Shown: positions 27,921 through 40,999 of the stretch, piece by piece
Numbering within the stretch: the first letter of the stretch is position 1
Layout of the letters: each line of letters begins with the position of its first letter
Assembly: GCA_964016885.1 (NCBI GenBank)
Contig: OZ024741.1
Span: 213,900,001-213,964,000, forward strand
DNA: 64,000 bases
Direction of reading: 5' to 3'
From: Eledone cirrhosa
Lineage: Eukaryota
Program-made: the position numbers and the translations under genes
Notes under the pieces: model-generated
Told to the model about the DNA's origin: nothing
What the model saw: only the letters and a program-made list of their open reading frames with translations
The model's database searches: none

Positions 27921-28303
27921 CATACCGCCATAGCCACCCCAAATGATGTGACATATTATAACACTATAGAACCCTCTCCACCGATTTAAATATTTCCATA
28001 ACTCTAGTACATAGCAAAGATTTTGAGTGGTGTATTTATTGATTGTAAAAAATTGTTATACAATGTGGGGCTTATGTTGCGCACGATCAAACCTAAGCTG
28101 TCGTGCATCTCAACCATTGGACTCAATCAGAACCTTAAAATCACAGGTGATAGGATGATGAAATAACAAAGGTATCATTTTCAATATAATTTCTGTTATT
28201 CATACAATACAATGTACAGGTATACTAAATTGTTTTATGCTTTGGTGCGTGACTTACAACCCAGGCTGTATGCATATGTATATATATATATATATACGTA
28301 TAT

Positions 28304-28413
28304 ATAGGAAAAGAGTCAAGACCCCGTCAGCTGAGCTCCGGCCGTTTCGACAGCTAGATCCGAACTGTTCGGATCTAGCTGTCGAAACGGCCTGAGCTTA
28401 GCCGTCATGGTCA
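28304..28413. mobile_element. Family H-related palindrome without tail
   Basis: GGCCGTTTCGACAGCTAGATCCGAAC-t-GTTCGGATCTAGCTGTCGAAACGGCC. Confidence 0.75.
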
Positions 28414-28430
28414 TATATATATATATATAT

Positions 28431-28822
28431 ATATGAATAAAGTTATTCCTTCGTCAGTGATCTTCCAACCATCATTGGTATTTCATCGCTTTAAAGACCA
28501 TATACCTCCGGTTGGCGCGAGCAACGGCTAAAAAAAACGTTGGGACACGTAAATAAAGGGGACACGAGAGTGTAAACAAACAAAGATGGTAAAGCAACGA
28601 AAATCTTCCTCACTTTTCGTTGCTTCACCATCTTTGTTTTTTACACTCTCGTGTCCCCTTTATTTACGTGTCCCAACGACTTTTTTTAGCCGTTGCTCGC
28701 ACCAACCGGAGGTATATGGTCTTTAAAGCGATGAAATACCAATGATGGTTGGAAGATCACTGACGAAGGACTAACTTTATTCATATGTAATCCATTAGCA
28801 ACCACGCAGCACGTTTATTCTC

Positions 28823-28823
<1 letters not shown>
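28431..28823 (+). mobile_element. Large fold-back (~170-bp arms, ~10-nt loop) + ~35-nt tail, in (TA)n
   Basis: 28431-28602 is reverse complement of 28613-28786. Confidence 0.85.
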
Positions 28824-28862
<39 letters not shown>

Positions 28863-28909
28863 GTTGTTATATTTGGGGAGGGTCATGTTATGATATTGCC
28901 AGAAATATA

Positions 28910-29094
28910 GAATTGTTTCTATTTTGGCACAAGTCCAGTAATTATCCCAGTACATTGCTGGTACTTTATTTTGTCGATCCCATAAGGATGAAAGGTAAAG
29001 TTAACCTCAGCGGGATTTGAACTTAGAGCGTGAAGGGCCGTAACTCTATGCTGCAAAGCATGGTGTCCGACTCTCTACCGATACTGCCAATCCA
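28910..29094 (-). mobile_element. Meta-like SINE
   Basis: Full head, core and tail. Confidence 0.9.
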
Positions 29095-29329
29095 AATAAA
29101 ACACAATCACTGTTTGGTTTCGACTGATTTTCGCTTCAGTATATTTTATATTTCTATAAGTAATTCAGCTGGTAATCAATATTTATCATTGATTGACCAA
29201 GAATTAAACATATATATATAAATATTTCTACAAATATACATAAAACTGTGATACTTTATGGTTCAATAATGCGCCTCTCTGATCTCTACGCTGTAGACAG
29301 CTGTCTAGTTGGCATTAATGATAGCGCCG

Positions 29330-29519
29330 TGGATTGGCGGTGGATTGGCAGTATCGGTAGAGGGTCGGACGCCATGCTTTCCAGCATAGTTACGTCCCTT
29401 TACGATCTGAGTTCAAATCCCGCCGAGGTTGACTTTGCCTTTCATCCTTACGGGGTCGATAAAATAAAGTACCAGTAATGCACTGGGTAATTGCTGGCCT
29501 TGTGCCTAAAGTAGAAACA
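29330..29519 (+). mobile_element. Meta-like SINE, young
   Basis: 16-bp TSD ATTAATGATAGCGCCG at 29314-29329 and 29520-29535. Confidence 0.93.
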
Positions 29520-30269
29520 ATTAATGATAGCGCCGGCCCTGGATGTGAATTGAGAAGTATTTAGCTACTCTTTTTCGGACAGGAATATCACAAACCACTT
29601 TGGACTCCATCATCTTAGAGAATGTTTGATTAACGCCCTCTAGTGTAAAGTTGATACATAAAAAAAATTATGCAGTGTAAATTATATTTTAACACCATTA
29701 AAACTACTGCTTCTGTTTATAACACCACTAACAACCACTACCTCCACTACTACTACTACTACTACTACTATACTACTTCTACTACTACTACAATTCTACC
29801 ACCACCACCACTACCAGTACTATGCTACCATCACCACTGCTACAAAACTACTAGTACAATACAATTACTACTACTACTACTTCTACTACTACTACTACTA
29901 CTACTAATAATAATAATAATAATAATAATACTTCTACCACTACTACAATACTACCACCAACACCACCAGCACTATGTTACCATCACCACAGCTACAAAAC
30001 AACAACTAGTACACTACTACTACTACTACAATACTAACACCACCACCACCACCAGTACTATGCTACCATCACCACTATTACAAAACTACAACTATTACAA
30101 TACTATTACTACATGAGTACTACCATTACTCCTATCAAACTACCCACACCACTACCACCTTCACGACTACTACTGACTCCAATCCCACCAATGGCCATTG
30201 CTAATTAACCGACCCCTGCACCACGAAGGAGGAGGAGGAGGGGCTGTGACTGTCTGCTACTTCAATTAA

Positions 30270-30721
30270 CCCTTTAGCATTCACATTACTCTCTATTTTT
30301 TTTTTTTTTATCGATCGACTTTCGTCAAATCGGACCGAGGAAACAATGTTTCCGTTGGTCTTTCCAATTGCTAATACTATCTATCGGTCGCAACTCCAGG
30401 TAGAAGGAGCAACGTGAAATAAAGTGTCTTGCTCAAGGACATAACGCATCGCCCGGTCCAGGAATTGAACTCACAACCTCACGATTGCAAATCCAATTCT
30501 CTAACCACTCAGCCACACGCCTTCACTCTCTATATACTATTATATTTTCATGGTAAAGGCTTTACCTCACATAATATCTCACATAATATCGTATCTATGA
30601 GATTTAGAAAGTATTTATTTTGAGAATACCTTAACTTCAATTTGAGCAACCATTACAGCCAGTTTCAACAGAAAGAGGTAGAGAATTCTGGCCGGTTTTG
30701 GCCGGTTTGAACACTAAAGGG
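30270..30721. mobile_element. piggyBac-type MITE
   Basis: TTAA-CCCTTTAGCATTCA ... TGAACACTAAAGGG-TTAA. Confidence 0.85.
30296..30526 (-). mobile_element. CORE-like SINE with poly(A), nested in the MITE
   Basis: TSD ACTCTCTA 30288-30295/30525-30532; homologous to 54062-54282. Confidence 0.88.
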
Positions 30722-30859
30722 TTAAAGAACGACGAAGATAATGATGTGATGATAATAAACACCGGGAGGAGAGGGCAAATCATCTGAAAGAAGTAAATAT
30801 AATCCTTGAAGTGATAGGAAAGGTGTTAAAAAAACACAGCGCCACAGTTCTGGTGATAG

Positions 30860-31580
30860 ATACTTGGATAAGATAAGGAGAAATCATGTTAGAGAATCGA
30901 CGATAAAACCCGGACGTTCTTTTATAGAATTAATACCACAGCTTAGCATCGCTAGAAGGAATGGTAACATCATAAAGCTGCCGAAACCGTTGAGATCTCA
31001 AGTTGATAACTGATGAAATGTATGTCACGCAGTGCAAACTGTCTGTAGAATACAGAATACATGATAGGTGTGGAGGTTGCAATAGTTTCACGATTCTTGT
31101 GGTATTGACTTGGATAACATGAAGAGGAATCATGTTAGAGATTCGACCATAAACCCCGGACATTCTTTGGTAGAATTAATGTTACGATGTGGCACCGCTG
31201 GAAGGAGTGGTACAGACGTAAATCTCCGAAATCTTCGAAATCTCCAGATGGCAACTGATGAAGAGTATGTTACGCAGCTGTCTGTAGAATAGAGGAGTGG
31301 TGCTTAGTTACTTGGATAACAGCTTGGCACTCTTGGAAGAAGTGGTCCCGTTATAAACCTGACGAAATCTTCAAAATCTCCAGTTGACAACTGATGAAGA
31401 GTATATCACGCAGTGCCAGCTGTCTGTAGAATAGAGGAGTGGTGCTTAGTTACTTGGATAACAGCTTGGCACTCTTGGAAGAAGTGGTACCGTCATAAAC
31501 CTGACGAAATCTTCAAAATCTCCAGTTGACAACTGATGAAGATTATGTCCCGCAGTGCAAGCTGTCTGTAGACTACAGAA
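30860..31580. repeat. Four diverged tandem copies of a complex ~140-245 bp unit
   Basis: ACTTGGATAA...AACTGATGAA...CTGTCTGTAGA recurs four times. Confidence 0.8.
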
Positions 31581-31898
31581 TAAAATATTCGACTACTTCT
31601 ATAGCATTAAAAAGATTGCAACCAAATTCTCCATCGTTTCCATTAAATATGCAGAATTCATTGAATAGGTTAAAGAACCTTTGACCAATTTCGTAGTCGT
31701 AGATCAATCACAATTGTCAGTAACATTTCCCTAAATCTCAAATTTCCATCTGAAACACGCAATGTTCGATCGACGAAATTTTCTTAAATATATCCTTGAT
31801 AACAATAATCGTAATTGATCGAACTTCCTGGGTGATTTCTATAACATTTCAAACACACACATCAAATGTATATATATATATATATATATATACACAAA

Positions 31899-31976
<78 letters not shown>

Positions 31977-32166
31977 AACACACACACGCGCGCACACACA
32001 CACACACGCACACATATACACACACAAATGCATATGACACTGAGACACACACAGATGGATCATATATATATATATATATATAATAAATTCATAGGGATAT
32101 ATGTATATATTTAGACATAGTCACACATACATATATGAGTGTCACTACCTTGTTCTTCAAACTTGC

Positions 32167-32229
<63 letters not shown>

Positions 32230-32584
32230 GACACGCAACATACAAAGTATATTCGTGTGTATGCGAGCATGCGGCTCAATATATGCATGTTATGTAAAAA
32301 GCTGTTGTTCTTGTGTTTCTTGTGTGGATTAGAAAGAGGTAACTCCCAGGAAAAGAGATGAGAGACTTGAAGTTAGAGCTTCAAAGAAGGGTGGGAGCAA
32401 GCTAGCGGGCGGGAGAGAGGAAGAGAGAGAGGGAGGGAGGGAGAGAGAGGTGTGGGGGTGAGTGGACAGAAGTATTAATGTGAAAGATAGATGAAGAAGT
32501 GTATCATTTAGGGGAAAAACGAAGGGTAAGTGTCAAGACACTGGAAAGACTTGAATGAAAAAGGGAGAAGTAGATTGAGAGAGA

Positions 32585-32621
<37 letters not shown>

Positions 32622-32628
<7 letters not shown>

Positions 32629-33922
32629 AGATCAAAAGATGGTTAAAGGAGTTCCATATATTTTATTATGTGCATTTCAAAAACAAACATCATCATGCAA
32701 TAATATTTGTGTTTTCATCAGATAAAACAGGAGAACATGATATGAAGGCTAAAAAACACTTGTGGATAGTGCAGTTTTAAATCAACATATGAAAAGTGGT
32801 TTTAGATTGATGTGTGATATTGGGAAAAATATTTTATTTAGAGAGGGGGGGGAGGATGAAAAGGGAAGGAGATGAGAGGGAGAGATGGGTGATAGAGAGA
32901 AAGAGATAGTTTTTATAACTGAGAGGAGATATATTTTTTACATAGAGAGGTTGAAAACCGTTGGAAGATACTGTATAAATTAAAAATTTTGAAAATTAAC
33001 GAAGGGAGGATATGTGCGAGGAAAAAATATTTTGTTTAGGGGGGGGGGGGGATGAAAAAAAGGGGGAGGAGATGAGAGTGAAGGTGGAGAGGGAGAGATG
33101 GGTGATAGAGAGAAAGAGATAGTTTTTATAACTGAGAAAAAGATATATTGTTTTAATATAGAGAGGTTGGGAACCGTTGGAAGATAATGTATAAATTAAA
33201 GGAATTTGAAAATTAACGAAGGGAAATTATGTATGAAGATAGAGAGAAAAAAATAATAATTGTGGGTGAATATTCTAACGTCAAAAAAGAAATGTATGTA
33301 TTGTGGCAATTTCAAATTTAGCGAAGAGAAAAATTGTTAAGGTTTGTGTGTAGAAGGATTTGAGAAAAATAATGTGAAGTTAAAGTTTGTATATTGGTTG
33401 AATTGATAATATATGCGAATAAAGAGTTAATATGTATTAATAATGAGTTCGTTGATGGGGAGAAAAAAATAATAATAAATTAAGGATGAAATTGAGATTA
33501 AAAAGATTTATGATAGAGAGAAAAAATAATAATGATTGCGGATGAATATTCTAATGTCAAAACAAATGTTATGATTTTACAAGAAGATAGAATGAGGGTA
33601 ATGAGTAAACGAGTATTATAGAGTGTATAATGCCCTTTAAAGTAAGGTAGATGGGTATATTTTAAAGAGGTGTATGTATATGTGCCTTTGAGAAAAGATT
33701 CTAAATTGATAAAGAATTGAATATTAACTGTATACTTTGTGAAAAGTTCTATGGAATTTATGCAGGCAGATAGAAAACAAATCTGTGCGTCTATTTATTA
33801 TAGAATATAGGTTAGATTCTATAATAAATAGATTATTATGCATACTCCAGTCCCACAAACTGTAGGGTGCTTCTTATCCGATATCTGCATTGCTTTATTG
33901 TACTACGATAAAACTCACCTCC

Positions 33923-33926
<4 letters not shown>
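32622..33926. mobile_element. Family B long element: ~1.2-kb inverted 3' UTR with HHR (32659-32728, minus) + direct tail 33841-33926
   Basis: CUGAUGA-AAACACAAAU..UGUUUGUUUUU-GAAA-UGCACA-UA-AUAAAA; internal ~200-bp duplications; TA-flanked. Confidence 0.8.
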
Positions 33927-33985
<59 letters not shown>

Positions 33986-33990
<5 letters not shown>

Positions 33991-34179
33991 AAAATGTTTA
34001 ACACCAACGGCAGAGCTCAAGCCGTTTCGACGGCTATTTCTGGACTAAAAATAGCCGTCGAAACGGCTTGAGCTCTGCCGTCCGGGTTAAACATTTTCCT
34101 ATTACCCTCTCTACTACCCTAACTATTGAGTACTCTGGTGTGTTATGGTCCATCTGGTTCCTTACCACACTTCGTTCGT

Positions 34180-34181
<2 letters not shown>
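33986..34181 (+). mobile_element. Family H palindrome + tail
   Basis: Arms 33986-34039/34050-34102; tail homologous to 23956-24034. Confidence 0.87.
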
Positions 34182-34220
<39 letters not shown>

Positions 34221-34297
34221 CAGAGATACTTATAGATATATAGAAAGATAAAGAAAGAGACTATGGATATATAGAAATATATATATATATATATATA

Positions 34298-34716
34298 ATA
34301 AAGAAGAAATTAAAAGATGGTTAAAAGAGCTCCATATATTTTATTATGCGCATTTCGAATACAAAATCATCCGGGACAAAAGTTGTGTTCTCATCATATA
34401 AAATAAGGTAACATGATATGAGGCATAATAGCACTTGTTTACAGGAAAGTATTAGAATATGTAGACCTAGCACTTTCCTGTAAACAAGTGCTATTATGCC
34501 TCATATCATGTTACCATATTTTATCTGATGAGAACACAATTTTTTTCCCAGGATGATTTTGTATTCGAAATGCGCATAATAAAATATATGGAACTCTTTT
34601 AACCATCTTTTAATTTCTTCTTTATCATATATACTCCAGTTCTACCAACTGTTGAGTGCTACTTATCTGATATATGCATATTTTTTATTGTTCTACAATA
34701 TTACTTACCCTCTACA
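34298..34716 (+). mobile_element. Family B fold-back with intact HHR (34516-34587) and mutated inverted copy
   Basis: Arms 34298-34450/34472-34625; AUAUUUUAU-CUGAUGA-GAACACAA..UUGUAUUC-GAAA-UGCGCA-UA-AUAAAAUAU; tail 34626-34716. Confidence 0.88.
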
Positions 34717-34736
34717 ATATATATATATATATATAT

Positions 34737-34843
34737 AATCCCGCCGACGTTAACTTTGCCTTTGATCCTTACGAGGTCGATAAAATAAAGTACCAGTAAT
34801 GCACTGGGATAACTGCTGACCTTGTGCCAGAAGTAGAAACAAT

Positions 34844-34844
<1 letters not shown>
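34737..34844 (+). mobile_element. 5'-truncated Meta-like SINE
   Basis: Core and tail match. Confidence 0.8.
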
Positions 34845-34888
<44 letters not shown>

Positions 34889-34978
34889 ATATATGTATAT
34901 ATACAGAGAGACTTATAGATATATTGTGAGATGGATATATAAACACAGAGAAAGACTAAGAGATAAAAAGGGAGGCAG

Positions 34979-35144
<166 letters not shown>

Positions 35145-35340
35145 AGAAAGGGGGTGACTAATATCTGTATCGAACGATAAATATGTAAACAGAAAGAGAG
35201 CCGGTGGAGTGAGAAGCTGATAGATATCCTCTTGTTGATCGAAACTTTGTGAGATGAATTGGGTAGACGGAAACTGTGTAGAAGCCCGTTGAATGAGTTC
35301 AACCTGCAAGTCTGTTATACTGTCAATCAAGGTTCGGCAT

Positions 35341-37575
35341 ACACACCGCACATATACACCGTATACATACAGATACACACCGTACACATACACCGTATAC
35401 ATACAGTTACACACCGTACATTTATACCGTATACATAGAAACACACCGTACATATACACCGTATACATACAGTTACACACCGTACATTTACACCGTATAT
35501 ATAGAAACACACCGTACATATACACCGTATACATAGAAACACACCGTACATATACACCGTATACATACAGTTACACACCGTACATTTACACCGTATACAT
35601 AGAAACACACCGTACATATACACCGTATACATACAGTTACACACCGTACACATACACCGTATACATACAGTTACACACCGCACATATACACCGTATACAT
35701 ACAGATACACACCGTACATATACACCGTATACATACAGTTACACACCGTACATTTAAACCGTATACATAGAAACACACCGTACATATACACCGTATACAT
35801 ACAGTTACACACCGTACACATACACCGTATACATACAGTTACACACCGCACATATACACCGTATACATACAGATACACACCGTACACATACACCGTATAC
35901 ATACAGTTACACACCGTACATTTACACCGTATACATAGAAACACACCGTACATATACACCGTATACATACAGTTACACACCGTACACATACACCGTATAC
36001 ATACAGTTACACACCGCACATATACACCGTATACATACAGATACACACCGTACACATACACCGTATACATACAGTTACACACCGTACATTTACACCGTAT
36101 ATATAGAAACACACAGTACATATACACCGTATACATAGAAACACACCGTACATATACACCGTATACATACAGTTACACACCGTACATTTACACCGTATAC
36201 ATAGAAACACACCGTACATATACACCGTATACATACAGTTACACACCGTACACATACACCGTATACATACAGTTACACACCGCACATATACACCGTATAC
36301 ATACAGATACACACCGTACATATACACCGTATACATACAGTTACACACCGTACATTTACACCGTAAACATAGAAACACACCGTACATATACACCGTATAC
36401 ATACAGTTACACACCGTACACATACACCGTATACATACAGTTACACACCGCACATATACACCGTATACATACAGATACACACCGTACTCATACACCGTAT
36501 ACATACAGTTACACACCGTACATTTACACCGTATACATAGAAACACACCGTACATATACACCGTATACATACAGTTACACACCGCACATATACACCGTAT
36601 ACATACAGATACACACCGTATATATACACCGTACATATACACCGTATACATACAGTTACACACCGCACCTATACACCGTATACATACAGTTACACACCGC
36701 ACATATACACCGTATACATACAGATACACACCGTATATATACGCCGTACATATACACCGTATACATACAGTTACACACCGCACCTATACACCGTATACAT
36801 ACAGTTACACACCGCACATATACACCGTATACATACAGATACACACCGTATATATACACCGTACATATACACCGTATACATACAGTTACACACCGCACCT
36901 ATACACCGTATACATACAGATACACACCGTACACATACACCGTATACATACAGATACACACCGTACATATACACCGTATACATACAGCTACACACCGCAC
37001 CTATACACCGTATACATACAGATACACACCGTACACATACACCGTATACATACAGTTACACACCGCACCTATACACCGTATACATACAGTTACACACCGT
37101 ACATATACACCGTATACATACAGTTACACACCGTACATATACACCGTATACATACAGATACACACCGTACATATACACCGTATACATACAGTTACACACC
37201 GCACCTATACACCGTATACATACAGATACACACCGTACATATACATCGTATACATACAGTTACACACCGCACCTATACACCGTATACATACAGATACACA
37301 CCGTACATATACACCGTATACATAGTTACACACCGCACCTATACACCGTATACATACAGATACACACCGTACATATACACCGTATACATACAGTTACACA
37401 CCGCACATATACACCGTATACATACAGTTACACACCGTACATATACACCGTATACATACAGATACACAACGTGCATATACACCGTATACATACAGATACA
37501 CACCGTAGATATACACCGTATACATACAGTTACACACCGCACCTATACACCGTATACATACAGATACACACGCAC
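35341..37575. repeat. 34-bp minisatellite (ACACACCGTACATATACACCGTATACATACAGTT) with higher-order repeats
   Basis: Variant units recur at 168-bp then 115-bp periods. Confidence 0.95.
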
Positions 37576-37699
37576 TGACATACGTCTATACATACACACA
37601 CACAGACACCTATATGCAGATACGTCTGCTTATATACGTACACACACACACAAGCATACCATACACACCACATCACAGACACACATGCATACAAACACA

Positions 37700-39390
37700 A
37701 ATGTACACACACACCCTTACACACCACATACCACACACTCTCACACTACACACCACACACTCACACACCACACTCTCACACACCACACACCACACCACAC
37801 ACCACACCACACACCACACACCACACACTCTCACACCACACACCACACACTCACACATCACACACCACACACCACACACCACACACTCACACTCACACAC
37901 CACACACCACACACCACACACTCTCACACCACACAGACCACACACCACACACTCACACACCACACACTCACACTCACACACCACACACCACACACCACAC
38001 ACCACACACTCACACACCACACACTCACACACCACACACTCACACACCAGACACTCACACACCACACACCACACACTCACACACCACACCACACACCACG
38101 CTCTCACACACTACACACCAAACACTCACACACCACACACACCACACACCACACACTCACACTCACGCACCATATCACACACCACACACCACACTCTCAC
38201 ACACCACACACCACACACTCACACTCACACTCACACTCACACACTCACACACCACACACTCACACACCACACACCACACACTCATACTCACACACCACAC
38301 CACACACCACACACCACACACCACACACTCACACACCACACACTCACACACCACACACCACACACTCACACTCACACATACTCACACACCACACCACACA
38401 CCACACACACCACACCACACACCACACACAACACACCACACTCTCACACACTACACACCACACACTCACACACCACACACTCACGTACCACACTCACACA
38501 CCACACACCACACAACACACACACCACACACAGCAGACACAGCAGACACACAACACACACCCCACACACCACACACACCACAAACCACACACATCACACA
38601 CATCACACACCACACACACCACACACATCACACACACTTCACACACACCACACACACGACACACTCACACCACACAGCTCACACACCACACACTCACACC
38701 ACACACACCACACACACCACACAGACACCACACACACACCACACACACACCACACACACACATTACATACACACACTCATTAGACACAGACATTACACTA
38801 CACACACACACATTACACTACGCACACATATTACACACATACACTACACAGACATTACACACACACACATTACACACACATATTACACACACACACATTA
38901 CACACACACACACACACACATTACACACACACTACAAACACACATTACACACACACACTCATTACACACACACAAACACCACACACTCACACCACACACA
39001 CCACACAGACACCACACACACACCACACACACACATTACATACACACACACATTAGACACAGACATTACACTACACACACACATTACACTACACACACAT
39101 ACACTACACACACATTACACACACACACACACACATTATACACACATCTTACACACACACACATTACACACACACTACAAACACACATTACACACACACA
39201 CATTACGCACACACATTACACACACACACACACATTACACACACACACACACATTACACACACACTACAAACACACATTACACACACACACACATTACAC
39301 ACACACACACACATTACACACACACACATTACACACTAACATTACACACACACACACACACACATTACACACAGACACACACCTGACACA
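37700..39390. repeat. CA/CAC-rich degenerate satellite
   Basis: Direct inspection. Confidence 0.9.
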
Positions 39391-39655
39391 CAACATACAC
39401 GTATCCTCTAGCTCGAACCATCCCCTCCTAACCCTCACCCCCATCCGTTTATTTCATTTGTTGTTGTAAGCGACCACAAAAGGCTGCTGTCGATGTATGG
39501 AAGGCCACACCTATTCTATGTAACTTGTGGAAGAGAGTGATAAAGAGAGAATGATAGAGAAAGAGAGACTGGTGGGGGGGGGGTAGAAAGTGGAAGAGAG
39601 AGAGAAAGGGAAGAAAGGGTAATAGGGGAAACAGAGAAAAAGATAAGAGCAATGG

Positions 39656-39728
<73 letters not shown>

Positions 39729-39842
39729 GGAATGGAAATAAAAAATAATAGGAAGAAACTCATACATATTATATAACCGCAGATCGACTGTTGTCGTCGC
39801 CGCGCTTCGCCACACCTCATCCGCCCGCTCGTCTGCTTGCCT

Positions 39843-39876
<34 letters not shown>

Positions 39877-40144
39877 GTGCATATGTACGGATGTACATGC
39901 ATACATAAATACATACATATATGATATATATATATATATATATATACATATATATTATATAATATATATGTATGTATTTATGTATGCAAGTACATCCATA
40001 CATATGCACATATATACATATATATATATGTGTGTATGTGTGTGTGTGTGTGTGTGTGTATTTATGTATGAATGTACATCCATACATATGCACATATATA
40101 CATATATATATGACTCTCCCTTTCGTCCTTATATACATACATAC

Positions 40145-40239
<95 letters not shown>

Positions 40240-40250
40240 CCGTGTGTATG

Positions 40251-40281
<31 letters not shown>

Positions 40282-40514
40282 GCTCACATATATAAACTCT
40301 CACTTTTCATTCTCTTTATCTCCACACACAACTAGATTTATTATTACAGATTGTTGCCAATGTGTAGATGGACGGGAATGTTATAAACACTAGAACTGAG
40401 CAAGTTGAAATAACACGCACAATGAATAACTGCAAAGAAAGCGAAAGCAAACACGTAACAACACTAAACTAAACAAAACAACCAATCAATACAAAACCTC
40501 ACCAAAACAAAAAT

Positions 40515-40630
40515 CCAATATGGCCGCCGACGTTCTCTTCTTTTACGCTCTGACGTCAGGAAGGTGTCATTGTTTTCGTCACGTAGCACAACATTGATTG
40601 GGAAGGCTTAGTTGGGGTCAAAGTTGACTC
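40515..40630. promoter_or_regulatory. Candidate promoter/enhancer motif cluster
   Basis: CCAAT, ATGGCCGCC, TGACGTCA (CRE), CGTCACGT, GATTGG, GGGTCAAAGTTGA (DR1-like). Confidence 0.35.
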
Positions 40631-40999
40631 GCTATTTCGTAGTCACTTAACACTCTAGCTGAAGGTAACAAACAAGAAAAATGAAAGCATCGCTATGAAA
40701 CATTACAGCAAGTGTGTGTGTAATGTATGTATGTTTATATGTGTGTATGTGTGATGTGTGTTATGTATAATGTATCTGTCTATCGGCGTTTAGCGAGCTA
40801 ACATCCAATAGCCGATTCTCTAATAATGACAACATTGTCCACATTATAAACACCGCCATTTTGTTGCAGCTCTGCCTATCGGAATTGTTCATTTCCGCCA
40901 TTATTATTTGACTATTGCAGTACAGTTACATCCCAGAGAAAACGATCTTGATTGTTATTGTTCTTATTTTTATTATTATTATTATTATTATTGTTGTTG

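Noticed and set aside
28725-28785. Type II hammerhead (GAAA..CTGACGA)
   Set aside because: Stems I and II cannot be paired and there is no valid UH site
34336-34410. Second active hammerhead in left arm of family B fold-back
   Set aside because: Core reads AUGAUGA (C3 mutated); predicted inactive
35293-36995. Cys/Tyr-rich repetitive ORFs
   Set aside because: Translations of the 34-bp minisatellite
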